A stretch of DNA of 34,179 bases from Dehalococcoidia bacterium (GCA_009783135.1 WRHS01000003.1:1-34179); one strand, 5' to 3'; counted from the first letter of the stretch, positions 16,366 to 25,823 are shown. Notes: generated from the letters alone by a model not told the origin. Made by a program: numbers and translations.

Positions 16366-17874
16366 TTAAGACGAAGGAATACCTTCTTCCAGCAGTTTTT
16401 TTACGTAGTCCAGCCCCTGCTGGCGTGTGCTAATCTCACCGGCTGCCTGTGCCTCACGCAACTCTTCCAGAAGTTGCCCAAGCTGCTTTCCCGGTTTTAG
16501 ACCGAACTCATTCTGGATGTCGTTTCCGTCCAGCAACAGTGGCATTTTATCCGGCGGTGTGCCTTTTTCGTATTCGTCTAGTATTTGGCGAACTATGCCC
16601 GCATGCCAGCCCCAGTCAGCACTCTCAAGGTTTGGTCCGCGGGTTGCCAGATGGTCGGCTAGGCTGAAGTATAGCGTGGCTATTCCGGCATCTTCCAAAT
16701 CGCGACGGAAGCGGTAGACGGCGCGTTTGGATGGCGCCTCTCCTGGCTCTGACAGCTGCACCGGGTGCAGGTGGTGGCGCACGATAGTTTCAATGAATTT
16801 AATTTCGCTGTGGCTGAAGCGTAGCCTTTCCAGTATGGCGGCGGCGATGGGTGCTCCCTGTTGCGCGTGTCTGTAAAAACGCACCCTGCCGGCATCATTG
16901 ATTATCTTGGTTTGCGGTTTGGCGATGTCGTGCAGCAATGCGGACAGCTTGGTCAGCACAAGGCGCGTTGCCGGCGGGCTTACAATTGTATCAAAGTAGG
17001 ATTTGACGCCGTCTTCCCAAGGGACATCTGCCAGCACATCTGTGCCGTAAAATTCCCAGCCTGCACGGCGGCACAGGAAATCAAATGCGTCAATGGAACG
17101 TGCGGAGTGGTGGAACACGTCCCATGTATGCTCCGTTGATTGCTCCATCTGGAGTGTTGGGGCAAGTTCGGGTATTATGCTCGTGAGTATGCCCAAACGA
17201 TGCATTAAAACCACGGAATTATGGGTATCGGTCAGTGCGAACAGCCGCAGCAATTCCTCGCGTACCCGCTCAGGGGAGACAGTACTTATTAGGGCATGCT
17301 CGCGCTGCATCAGGGCACTTGTCTGCTCATCAATGTCGAATTTTAACTCGTTGCTTAGGCGCACGCCGCGCAGCAGACGGATGGGGTCGTCGCGGAAAGC
17401 TTGTTCTGATACGGCGCGTATGATTTTATTTTGCAGGTCTTGCATCCCGTTGCATACGTCCAGTATGGCGGCATTTATTGAGCTTTCCTGCAGTTGCATC
17501 TGCGCCATATTTATTGCCAGCGCATTTATGCTGAAATCCCGCCGCATGAGGTCTTGTTCAAGCGTTTCCTGCAGCGTGACAATATCTATTTGCCATGTGT
17601 CCTCATCGCGCGGCAGCAGCCGTGCAACGCCGAACGTGTCGTCCAAGACGACATAATGTGTATTGAGTTTGTCCGCCAGCCGCTTTCCTATGACCAGCGC
17701 GTCGCCGTCAACGGCAATATCTATGTCTGCCCTGTCATGCCTTGCAACCAGATTTCGTACGATACTGCCCACAATGTATGCCTCGCATGACTCTTCCCCC
17801 AGCAATGCTTGCAGGCGAGCCAGTATGACAGCGGTATCGCGGTTTAAGGCGGCGTTAATCGGATAGCTTTTCAC
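16366..17874 (-). CDS. cca: CCA tRNA nucleotidyltransferase / poly(A) polymerase family with HD domain
   Basis: VGSIVRN...DIDI, DLMRRDFSINALA, DDPIRLLRGVR, ERVREEL, LLHDIAKP. Start is probably GTG 17874. Confidence 0.85.
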   Translation of the reverse strand: MKSYPINAALNRDTAVILARLQALLGEESCEAYIVGSIVRNLVARHDRADIDIAVDGDALVIGKRLADKLNTHYVVLDDTFGVARLLPRDEDTWQIDIVTLQETLEQDLMRRDFSINALAINMAQMQLQESSINAAILDVCNGMQDLQNKIIRAVSEQAFRDDPIRLLRGVRLSNELKFDIDEQTSALMQREHALISTVSPERVREELLRLFALTDTHNSVVLMHRLGILTSIIPELAPTLQMEQSTEHTWDVFHHSARSIDAFDFLCRRAGWEFYGTDVLADVPWEDGVKSYFDTIVSPPATRLVLTKLSALLHDIAKPQTKIINDAGRVRFYRHAQQGAPIAAAILERLRFSHSEIKFIETIVRHHLHPVQLSEPGEAPSKRAVYRFRRDLEDAGIATLYFSLADHLATRGPNLESADWGWHAGIVRQILDEYEKGTPPDKMPLLLDGNDIQNEFGLKPGKQLGQLLEELREAQAAGEISTRQQGLDYVKKLLEEGIPSS

Positions 17875-17880
17875 GTTTTC

Positions 17881-17909
17881 AGAATAGACGAAATAGGAGG
17901 GCTTGGCAA
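17881..17909 (-). promoter_or_regulatory. Promoter giving a probable leaderless cca transcript
   Basis: TTGCCA-17-TATTCT with GTG 6 nt after the -10 and no SD. Confidence 0.5.
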
Positions 17910-17921
17910 GGGAGAAAGGTT

Positions 17922-17961
17922 TTGACAAGAATATCGCGATATGTTACGATATATCGTAACA
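17922..17961 (+). promoter_or_regulatory. padR promoter with overlapping palindromic operator(s)
   Basis: TTGACA-17-TACGAT; perfect palindromes TGTTACGATATATCGTAACA (17942-17961) and ATATCGCGATAT (17931-17942). Confidence 0.75.
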
Positions 17962-17982
17962 AATAAAAGGAGGAAGAAAAAT

Positions 17983-18477
17983 ATGTTTGATACACGTTTG
18001 TATCACCCGCGACACGGGCGCTCAGTGGAGAAAGGGGCGCTAAAATACATCATTTTGGACTTGCTGAATGAAAAGCCAAGTCATGGCTATGAAATCATGC
18101 GTGCAATGGAGACAAGGTTTCATGGGCTGTATTCCCCCAGTGCCGGCAGCGTATATCCTACGCTTAACCTGTTGGAGGATATGGGTTATGTGACGGCAAG
18201 TGAGCGTGATGGCAAAAAGGTTTATACCATGACGGACGATGGGCGTAAATACCTAAGTGAGGAAAGTTCGCATATTGACGGCATAAAAGGGCGCATGTTC
18301 GGCTCCTGCGGCGCGCATTGCGGCGAGGATTTCCGCGCTACTATGCGCGAGATGCGCGAAGCGGGCATGCTTCTTCGCAAGAATGCCCGGGAGATTACCC
18401 CTGAGCAGTGGCAGCGCATACGTGAAAGTATGAATCGTACGTACCGCGAGGTCGTCGAAATTGTCGGAAGCGAGTAG
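17983..18477 (+). CDS. PadR-family transcriptional regulator
   Basis: ILDLLNEKPSHGYEIM, PSAGSVYPTLNLLEDMGYV, KKVYTMTDDG; SD AAGGAGG. Confidence 0.9.
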   Translation: MFDTRLYHPRHGRSVEKGALKYIILDLLNEKPSHGYEIMRAMETRFHGLYSPSAGSVYPTLNLLEDMGYVTASERDGKKVYTMTDDGRKYLSEESSHIDGIKGRMFGSCGAHCGEDFRATMREMREAGMLLRKNAREITPEQWQRIRESMNRTYREVVEIVGSE

Positions 18478-18491
18478 GCGGGTTCGTCTTG

Positions 18492-18533
18492 GCAAACAAG
18501 CCGGCATGACTACGGTTGTGCCGGCTTGTTTGC
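18492..18533. terminator. Hairpin (likely bidirectional terminator) between convergent padR and priA
   Basis: GCAAACAAGCCGGCA...TGCCGGCTTGTTTGC, 15-bp inverted repeat. Confidence 0.75.
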
Positions 18534-18540
18534 GCAATCA

Positions 18541-20961
18541 TCAGTTCAGACCCAGCGGGTCAACGTCTACGGACCAGCCTGCCGGCAGTTCTCCGTTTTC
18601 CAGCAGTCTGGCGGGCTGGTTTCCGCGCAGTGTCATCTGAAAGCGGTAGCGCCCGCGCAGCCGCGCCATGAAAGCCGGCGCTGGACCGCTTATTTGCACG
18701 TCTACAATTCCGGCGGATGACATCAGTGCCGTCAGTTGCCGTTTGAGCCGTTCCGCCTCGTTCTGTGCCGCTTTTTCATTTGTGTGCACATAAGTTAGGC
18801 GCACCATCTTTGAAAAAGGCGGGGAATTCAGGTTTTGGCGCTGCGTTACCTCCTGTTTGTAGAAAGAGATGTAGCTTTGCTGCAGCACCGCCTGAACGGC
18901 GTAGTGTTCGGGTGAGTACGTTTGTATGATGACTTTCCCTGCTTTTTCACCGCGTCCGGCGCGACCTGCAACCTGTGTCAGCAGCTGGAACGCGCGTTCG
19001 CCGGCTCGGAAGTCTGGAAGATTAATTGACGTATCAGCGCTGATTACACCAACCAGTGTAACATGCGGCAGATCGAGCCCCTTGGCTACCATTTGCGTGC
19101 CGATCAGGATATCAACCTGCCGTGTTTTCATCTTGTGCATGAGCATTTCATGCGCATGGCGGCTGCGTGTAACGTCGCTGTCCCAGCGCAGCAATCGCGC
19201 CTGAGGAAATTCTCTGGCAGTTTCCTCCTCCAGTTTTTGCGTGCCTATACCCACAAATTTTATGCGCCGGCTGTGGCAACGCGGACATATAGTCGGCACC
19301 GCCGTGTGATAATTGCAATGGTGACAGATAAGGGACTCCTCTGCCGAGTGATAACTCATGGGCACATGGCACCTGCGGCATTGCACTACTAAACTGCAGG
19401 TGCGGCATTGTACGAATGAGGCGCTGCCGCGGCGGTTGAAGAATAAGATTACCTGTTCTTGGCGCGCCAGTGCCTCTGTTATGCCTTCATGCAGACTGCG
19501 GCTGAAAATGCTGAGGTTGCCCCGTTTTAGTTCTTCGCGCAGATCCACCAGTTCGATGGATAGCTCAGACGCGTTGCCTTTTAGTTTAATGCGCTGCGGC
19601 AGCTTGAGCAGGGTGTGGCTTCCGTTTTGGGTATTGTAGTAGGTTCCCACGTCGGGTGTGGCGCTTCCCAGCACCACGGTGGCGCCTGTCAACTCGGCAA
19701 GTTTTATGGCAACGTTGCGCGTATGATAATAAGGCAGATGTTCCTGCTGTTTATATGTCCACTCATGCTCTTCGTCAATGACGATTAGCCCCAGTTGCGG
19801 CTGCGGGGCGAATATGGCGCTTCTGGCACCGACAACGACGTCAAAATCGCCGCGACTGATGCTATGCCATTGGTCAAACTGCTCCCCCAGCGACAGATGG
19901 CTGTGCAGTACCGCCACATGACGCGGAAAACGTGCGGCGAAGCGCTCGATAGTTTGCGGCGTGAGGGCTATTTCCGGCACCAATACCAAGCCTTTCCTGC
20001 CTAGATTGACTGCCTGAGCAAGCGCCTGCAGATAGACCTCGGTTTTGCCGCTTCCGGTCACTCCGTGCAGCACAAATACGCCTGCGCGTCCGGACTGCAG
20101 TCCTGAGCAAATAGCCGTCAGCGCTGCCTGTTGTGCTTCATTAAGAGTTAACGTCTTATCGCATCGCACGTGCGTATAGTCAATCGGCTCGCGTTCGACG
20201 CTGATTTTTTCTAATATTGCTATGTTTTGCGTGGTAAGCTGCTTTATTAGGGCGCGTGAAAAGCCTGCCTCCAAAACGCTCGACAGCGGCACCGCAGCGT
20301 TTTGCTGCTTTAGATAGTTGAGTAGTTCGGCTTGTTTTACGGCTCTGCGCTTTTGCAACTGTGCAATGGCGCTACTAATATCAGATTGTTCATTCAGCCT
20401 GAGATAATTTTCAAGCCGTGGTTTGATTTTCTCTTTTTGTATCCTGTAATGCCGCTGCGCCAAGCCGCGCTCAACCAGCTGTCCGACAGCTTTCTGCGAC
20501 GCCTTTTTGCCCAGAGCTTTTTCCAGTTGCTTGAGGCTTATTTCTGGGGTTTGCCGGAGCAGCTTGAGCGCTTGACGTGCACCTTCGCTTAATGCGATAT
20601 CATCCGGCAAAACCTTGTCTGTGGCGCTGAGGAAAGTGAGCGGCTGGCGCTCAAATCCCGGCGGCAAAAAGCAGGACAGGGCGGAAAAAATGGGACAAAG
20701 ATAGTAACTGCTAATCCACTGTGCCAGCTTTAGGCTGGCAGGGGGGATGACTGGTGTATTTTCGATGATGCCGTCAATGGGGCGTACCGCTTGCACTGCG
20801 GAGAACTGACTAATCGATACAACAATGCCCTGCAGTGTGTAGTTGCCGAAAGGAACCCATACGGCTTGTCCGGGACAGACGTCCAGTTCGGGAGGAATTG
20901 AATAGCTGAATAACTGCCGCCTGCCAGCAGGAGAGTTAACACTGACCTCGGCGTATGACAA
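18541..20961 (-). CDS. priA: Primosomal protein N' (replication restart helicase)
   Basis: HGVTGSGKTEVY, LVPEIALTPQ, IDEEHE, Cys-rich zinc motifs, GTQMVAKGLD, QVAGRAGR, VDVDP. Confidence 0.96.
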   Translation of the reverse strand: MSYAEVSVNSPAGRRQLFSYSIPPELDVCPGQAVWVPFGNYTLQGIVVSISQFSAVQAVRPIDGIIENTPVIPPASLKLAQWISSYYLCPIFSALSCFLPPGFERQPLTFLSATDKVLPDDIALSEGARQALKLLRQTPEISLKQLEKALGKKASQKAVGQLVERGLAQRHYRIQKEKIKPRLENYLRLNEQSDISSAIAQLQKRRAVKQAELLNYLKQQNAAVPLSSVLEAGFSRALIKQLTTQNIAILEKISVEREPIDYTHVRCDKTLTLNEAQQAALTAICSGLQSGRAGVFVLHGVTGSGKTEVYLQALAQAVNLGRKGLVLVPEIALTPQTIERFAARFPRHVAVLHSHLSLGEQFDQWHSISRGDFDVVVGARSAIFAPQPQLGLIVIDEEHEWTYKQQEHLPYYHTRNVAIKLAELTGATVVLGSATPDVGTYYNTQNGSHTLLKLPQRIKLKGNASELSIELVDLREELKRGNLSIFSRSLHEGITEALARQEQVILFFNRRGSASFVQCRTCSLVVQCRRCHVPMSYHSAEESLICHHCNYHTAVPTICPRCHSRRIKFVGIGTQKLEEETAREFPQARLLRWDSDVTRSRHAHEMLMHKMKTRQVDILIGTQMVAKGLDLPHVTLVGVISADTSINLPDFRAGERAFQLLTQVAGRAGRGEKAGKVIIQTYSPEHYAVQAVLQQSYISFYKQEVTQRQNLNSPPFSKMVRLTYVHTNEKAAQNEAERLKRQLTALMSSAGIVDVQISGPAPAFMARLRGRYRFQMTLRGNQPARLLENGELPAGWSVDVDPLGLN

Positions 20962-21009
20962 AGTTACTACTCCTCATACTCCAACAAGCGTTGAGCTAAA
21001 ATTTGCAGA

Positions 21010-21660
21010 TTATTCTGCCGGTGTTTGCGTTACTTCCTCTGTCTGAGGGGCTTCGTCAACCACGCCGCTGTTCTCGTCAGAAACGGCTGTCTCTTCTGCC
21101 TTGGGGGCTTCATCAACCGTGCTGTCGCCCTCGTCAGATGCGCTGACTATATCCTCTGCCTGTGGTGTTTCAACCTCAACGGAGGCTTCCTCAACAACTG
21201 GAATGTCCGCAACAACCTCTTCTGCGACAATATCCTCGGCGGCAACCTCATCAACGGCTGCGGCTCCGGCAGCTTCGAGCATAGCCAGCTTTTCCTTGCT
21301 CAGGCGCTTTTCCTTGATGCGGGCTGCCTTACCGGAAAGGTCGCGCAGGTAGAAGAGACGTGCGCGGCGTACCTTGCCGTGGCGTAACAGTTCTACGCGG
21401 GCTACGAGCGGTGATGCATATGGGAAAGTACGTTCAACACCCACGCCGTAAGCTACGCGGCGTACGGTAAAATTACCGCCGTCGGCAGCCGGGTGGATTT
21501 TGATTACAATACCCTGAAATACCTGAATGCGTTCTTTTCCACCTTCAATTATGCGCATGCTGACTTTGACACTGTCGCCGGTAGTCAGCTGTGGAATAGG
21601 CTCTTTCTTTATAACGACTTTCTTTTCTTTAGCTTCTTTTTTCTTGGTATCGACGGCCAT
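21010..21660 (-). CDS. rplS: 50S ribosomal protein L19 with a long acidic C-terminal extension
   Basis: [40 protein letters not shown], then a ~95-aa Glu/Asp/Ala/Val-rich tail. Confidence 0.95.
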   Translation of the reverse strand: MAVDTKKKEAKEKKVVIKKEPIPQLTTGDSVKVSMRIIEGGKERIQVFQGIVIKIHPAADGGNFTVRRVAYGVGVERTFPYASPLVARVELLRHGKVRRARLFYLRDLSGKAARIKEKRLSKEKLAMLEAAGAAAVDEVAAEDIVAEEVVADIPVVEEASVEVETPQAEDIVSASDEGDSTVDEAPKAEETAVSDENSGVVDEAPQTEEVTQTPAE

Positions 21661-21748
21661 GGATTTACCTCAATTTTTCAATATCCACATAAAATAACAT
21701 AACAGGCGCAAATATTCAACCCTGTGTATAGGTCCAGACGGCGTCAAT

Positions 21749-21989
21749 TTATTGCAGAGTTTCTCTCATGCCTGAACCGGAGATATCATTTTTTACACCT
21801 TGGTCTAATGCCGCTGCCTGTGGGGTCAATGCCATGTCATGTGCTTTGGCATACGCAAAGCACTTTTCCTCAAGCAGCTTGAAGTTGCAGCAAAAATATT
21901 TGAGTTTCTTGATTATCTTATCTTGGCTTTTACGATAAATAGGATTCGTAATCTTAACTTACTTTGTAAAAATCCAAATGGCTCATCAT
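21749..21989 (-). pseudogene. Internally deleted paralog of the ToxN toxin
   Basis: MMSHLDFYKVS* is joined out of frame to KITNPIYRKSQDKIIKKLKYFCCNFKLLEEKCFAYAKAHDMALTPQAAALDQGVKNDISGSGMRETLQ*. About 374 nt are missing relative to 15459-16070. Confidence 0.88.
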
Positions 21990-21995
21990 ATCTCC

Positions 21996-22030
21996 ATAAA
22001 CAGAGAAGGCGGCATAAGCCGCTTTCTTTG
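21996..22030 (-). terminator. Terminator of the second antitoxin locus
   Basis: CAAAGAAAGCGGC-TTAT-GCCGCCTTCTCTG-TTTAT, in the same position as in copy 1. Confidence 0.7.
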
Positions 22031-22068
22031 TTATATCGCTCGCACTTATCGGCGGCGAAGCACCGTTG
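22031..22068 (-). ncRNA. toxI: Second (orphan) ToxI-like pseudoknot RNA
   Basis: CGGUGCUUCGCCGCCGAUAAGUGCGAG: 23 of 26 core nt identical to copy 1, with both stems preserved. Confidence 0.7.
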
Positions 22069-22073
22069 CCTAC

Positions 22074-22101
22074 ACTATACTCCCATGACGCGCCTTGTCA
22101 A
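22074..22101 (-). promoter_or_regulatory. Promoter of the second toxI locus
   Basis: TTGACA-16-TATAGT; hexamers conserved while the spacer has diverged from copy 1. Confidence 0.75.
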
Positions 22102-22205
22102 CTATTTTTCACTCCTTGTTTTATGCCTAATTCTCCTACAGTAACTTTACACCGTCATAGGTCCAATGCACCCTGCGTATAAGCTTTCAGAACGGGTGTA
22201 TGTTA

Positions 22206-22748
22206 TTATGCAGGTTTGATTTCAAATGACCAATTTTTTAGATCTTTTATGTATTCGTCTGCAGCCGTTACGATGTTAATATTGCTTATGGAGATATCAA
22301 TCAATTCGCAATCTTGAATGGCTGTAAAAGTCATCTGGCAGATACTAACGTCGCTTCCATTAATTCCTTGCATTCCATTTATTTGCGTAGCGCCAATTTT
22401 TATGTAATTGTCAAAGTTGAGCGTTGATTTGAAAATGGTGCTTATTTCAGAGATATCTGATTTGAGTCCTCCACTGTATTCTAGGATGTCTTTATTATAA
22501 TTTACACATAGTTCATATCCATACATATCGCTTACGTCATCTGCCGAGATAGCTAAAACAATTTTATCGCCTGCGTTAACTTTGTTGCGAACAGGCTCAG
22601 AAGGCGACGGATTTTCGGGAAGATTTGGTTGTTGTACAGCTGAAGGCTCAGGGTTTCCACTTCTTACAAACCAAACACCACAAATAGTAACACCGATGAC
22701 AAGAAATGCCGTCAAAGAGAGCAACCCAAATTTCAATTTTTTGCCCAT
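22206..22748 (-). CDS. Membrane-anchored cohesin-domain protein
   Basis: N-terminal TM, Pro-rich linker, then a cohesin-like beta pattern (MYGYELCVNYNKDILEY, GSDVSICQMTFTAI); SD GGAGG. Confidence 0.65.
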   Translation of the reverse strand: MGKKLKFGLLSLTAFLVIGVTICGVWFVRSGNPEPSAVQQPNLPENPSPSEPVRNKVNAGDKIVLAISADDVSDMYGYELCVNYNKDILEYSGGLKSDISEISTIFKSTLNFDNYIKIGATQINGMQGINGSDVSICQMTFTAIQDCELIDISISNINIVTAADEYIKDLKNWSFEIKPA

Positions 22749-22942
22749 TTTATTACATCCTCCAAAATTATTACTGCACCTGGTTTAGTATCCTGCCGTT
22801 ATACGCTGATTACGTTTTTCAAATAGTTGCGCTTTGGATGATGCAGGTACGCATCTACAGCAATCATTATATAAGTCGAATATGAAATCACAATTAAATT
22901 AACATCAAATTTTTGTAAATTGTAGCCAGAACAATTGAACCT

Positions 22943-22990
22943 TTGGTAAACAAACAGGGGCCTGACAACAGGCCCCTGTTTGTTTACCAA
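22943..22990. terminator. Perfect 22-bp inverted repeat after the GDPD gene
   Basis: TTGGTAAACAAACAGGGGCCTG-ACAA-CAGGCCCCTGTTTGTTTACCAA. Confidence 0.8.
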
Positions 22991-23002
22991 GGAGGTTATT
23001 TC

Positions 23003-25414
23003 TTAAGTCAACATCTTAGAAAGCGTGATGATATCCTGGATGTCAATTTCGGAGTTGCCATTGAAGTCGAAGTGGCTGTAGTTGTCCCAGTCAGCATGGT
23101 CGGAAGTCATACCGAAAGCGTCAATGAGATTGGAGAGAACGATAAGGTCGACCACAAAGCTATCTGTTCCAACGTTACTGGTTTTTTGGTTGTATGTACC
23201 ATAGGCGAACTGAATGGATTTATAACCATCAGTTTCCTTTTCAACGAAATTAACACACGCGGTGATTGCGGAAGTTGCGACGACAACGGTGTCCTTTGAA
23301 AGGAGCAAAAAGGTACCTAAGCCCTCAGCTTCGTAATCGGATACCATGATGGTAAAAGACACAAGCCCATCGCTTACAGTGGTATCGAGAATTGTTGAAC
23401 CATTGGCAGGAGTATAGCCTGCGAATTCAAACTTGCTGCTGTCAAAAGTGAAGTTAAGAGTTAAGGCATTTGAAGAGACTTTCTCGTTGAAAGCGACTGA
23501 AACATTGAAATATTCATTCGGGCGCACAACGCTTTTGTCAGAACTTACGATAAGTTCGCAGGCGCAGCTAACTGTTACTGGCTGACTATACAGAGCGTAG
23601 GAGTTGGTGAATTCACCAGCTACAGATGTTGCTTTTAGCATAACGGTAGCTGACGTTCCGGGCATTACAGTTATAGCGTTTCCGCTGATATTAACGACGT
23701 TATCTGCGCCATCAATGACTACGAATTCAAACGGAAGATTATGCTCTGTGCCTAAGTAATCAAGGGATAAAATGTTGATTATTGCGGCTTCACCTGGCAT
23801 GGTTGTGTAAGATGATTGTGTGGCGGAAATACCCATGACAGCAGTGGAAGCCCTGTTAGTGTAGTTGGTAGTGATGCCCCATGAGCCCCAGTCGATGTGG
23901 TTTCTGGCGGTTGTGACGGCATCGATGGTATAGGCCCATACAGAAAGACCGCGGGCTTGCAACTGCGGAATGTTAGCCGCACTGAGGTTAGATGAGGTCG
24001 GGTTATAGCCGTTGCAGTAGATGGGAAGAACGGCTCTTAGGATATCCCTGGCGTTTCCGGCACCCAAAAGGCCTGCGGCTGTCAGACGACCAGTGGATGC
24101 CTCGGGATGGTTTTTGGCCATATAAGCGAGTTCGCTATCTTGGAAGCTAATAAAGATAACCTGATTGAACATGTCCTTGCCAACCTCTTCGCTGACCTGA
24201 CGAATGACCTCATAGGCTGGGCTAACATGGGCTACGTTAGCGTCTTTCAGTTCGCAATCAAGGATAACATCGGTATCTGCCAAGAGCAGTAAGACCTCCC
24301 GAAGAGTTGGAATCTCTACAAAGTCATAGCCTTTAAGAGCCCATCCGGTTCTGTTGGGGCCTGGTGCGAAAGTGTTATCTGACCAAGCAGCGGCATTCAG
24401 CCGCTTTATCTGCTCAAGGGTCAGGTCTGCCGGTGTAACTCTATTGGCACTCTTGCCGATAGCAGCCCTTTCCTCTTCAGAGAACTTGGTAGTCCAGTTG
24501 GCTTCTATATCGGTTGTTCTGGCGAAGTAGTCATCGTGAAGTAAGATGATTTCACCATCCTTGGTGATATAAATGTCGCATTCAACTAAATCAGCACCGG
24601 CAGCGATAGCGAGTTCATATGCCGGAAGAGTATTCTCGGGAGCTGCGCTAGGTAGTCCTCTGTGAGCAACATAGTATGGGCGGCGAACAAGTGTCCTGGT
24701 ATCATAAATAGAAGCATCATTTTTGAGTTTGGTGGCGTTGTCGGTGATGATGCCGTTTGAGCCCATATTAATTGTGTCAAGATTACCTATGGTGGTATCG
24801 CCACTAATAACCCATACGCTTATCATTCTTCTCTGTATTTGTTCCATCACTGCCTTAGTGATGTTTTCTACCGAGACGATGACGTTCAGCGCATAACATG
24901 AGTTGGCGCTATAAACAACTTGGGGATAATTATCTATGGTAATTTCGTCTTCGATGATTAGGCTGGCCCTAACCCGTCCGGCAATTTCGCGAAGTTTCTT
25001 TATTACGGTCGGATTGGTGGAGGCCACGTGTGTGTCCGTGTAGCCATTTGTGTTGTTAGCCGTTTGGTTGAGGTAAGTGCCGAGCTCTTCGGCCTGCTCA
25101 ATGGTGTAAATGACAAACATGGCGAGATTCTTGTTGGCAATTGTTGCGAGCATGGAACTCGCATCGTCAAGCCCGGTATAGTCAACCATGATGGTTGTGG
25201 TAACACCGTCTGCTATAACTGCATCAAGTTCATCCAGACTATTGATTCTGGTGATGACGGTGGGGCATCCGACGATGTTAGGATTCAGCGTTTTAGCTGT
25301 AACGTTGGTCGTCGGTGGGGGCGGCGGATCTGCTGCTGTGATAACGGAGCTTGCGAAAGTAAGCGTCATCATCGCAACAACGATGGCGGAAACAATGCGT
25401 TTCCAGTGTTTCAT
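23003..25414 (-). CDS. Secreted glycerophosphodiester phosphodiesterase with C-terminal cohesin-like and dockerin modules
   Basis: Signal peptide MKHWKRIVSAIVVAMMTLTFASS; GDPD motifs VAHRG, PENT, ECDIYITKDG, LLHDD, IPTLREVL; C-terminal DFNGNSEIDIQDI calcium loop; SD GGAGG. Confidence 0.82.
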   Translation of the reverse strand: MKHWKRIVSAIVVAMMTLTFASSVITAADPPPPPTTNVTAKTLNPNIVGCPTVITRINSLDELDAVIADGVTTTIMVDYTGLDDASSMLATIANKNLAMFVIYTIEQAEELGTYLNQTANNTNGYTDTHVASTNPTVIKKLREIAGRVRASLIIEDEITIDNYPQVVYSANSCYALNVIVSVENITKAVMEQIQRRMISVWVISGDTTIGNLDTINMGSNGIITDNATKLKNDASIYDTRTLVRRPYYVAHRGLPSAAPENTLPAYELAIAAGADLVECDIYITKDGEIILLHDDYFARTTDIEANWTTKFSEEERAAIGKSANRVTPADLTLEQIKRLNAAAWSDNTFAPGPNRTGWALKGYDFVEIPTLREVLLLLADTDVILDCELKDANVAHVSPAYEVIRQVSEEVGKDMFNQVIFISFQDSELAYMAKNHPEASTGRLTAAGLLGAGNARDILRAVLPIYCNGYNPTSSNLSAANIPQLQARGLSVWAYTIDAVTTARNHIDWGSWGITTNYTNRASTAVMGISATQSSYTTMPGEAAIINILSLDYLGTEHNLPFEFVVIDGADNVVNISGNAITVMPGTSATVMLKATSVAGEFTNSYALYSQPVTVSCACELIVSSDKSVVRPNEYFNVSVAFNEKVSSNALTLNFTFDSSKFEFAGYTPANGSTILDTTVSDGLVSFTIMVSDYEAEGLGTFLLLSKDTVVVATSAITACVNFVEKETDGYKSIQFAYGTYNQKTSNVGTDSFVVDLIVLSNLIDAFGMTSDHADWDNYSHFDFNGNSEIDIQDIITLSKMLT

Positions 25415-25721
25415 GATAGTTCCTCCAATCAAATTTTTGTGCTGCATTGCACAAAAACACAATATCACCTGTTTGTAAAAATTCCGTACATGAAATGGTA
25501 AGCGAATCGTAAAATTATGATAAACGCGTTGTAAAAGTCGTGGTTGGGTGTTTTTGCTCAAGCTAATCGGTTATGTGGATTTGTACCAACCAATTCATGT
25601 GCCGGATATTTTCTGTCTCATGCTATGATGAAATGCTCCCGTAAAAATCTGGCAATCCATGATTTCATGGGCATGCAAAATACGGCAAGGAATACTTTAT
25701 GGACGCAACTTTGCCATTACG

Positions 25722-25759
25722 ACAGAGGGCTTCCACCGGATCCGGTGGAAGCCCTCTGT
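25722..25759. repeat. Perfect 38-bp spacerless palindrome (possible terminator of the beta-propeller gene)
   Basis: ACAGAGGGCTTCCACCGGA|TCCGGTGGAAGCCCTCTGT. Confidence 0.8.
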
Positions 25760-25823
25760 TAGGCATTGAATGACCTGCCTTCTTGCCCGAAAACACACGT
25801 TGCGGGCTGGGGCAGCCTGCAGG

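Noticed and set aside
21726-21743. RRLDLY peptide upstream of rplS as a trmD C-terminal remnant (RRPDL)
   Set aside because: It is too short, and half of it is the TTGACGCCG flank shared with the first toxN copy; likely chance.
22799-23299. Two opposite-strand ORFs both starting MVNKQGP
   Set aside because: This is an artefact of the 22-bp inverted repeat at 22943-22990.
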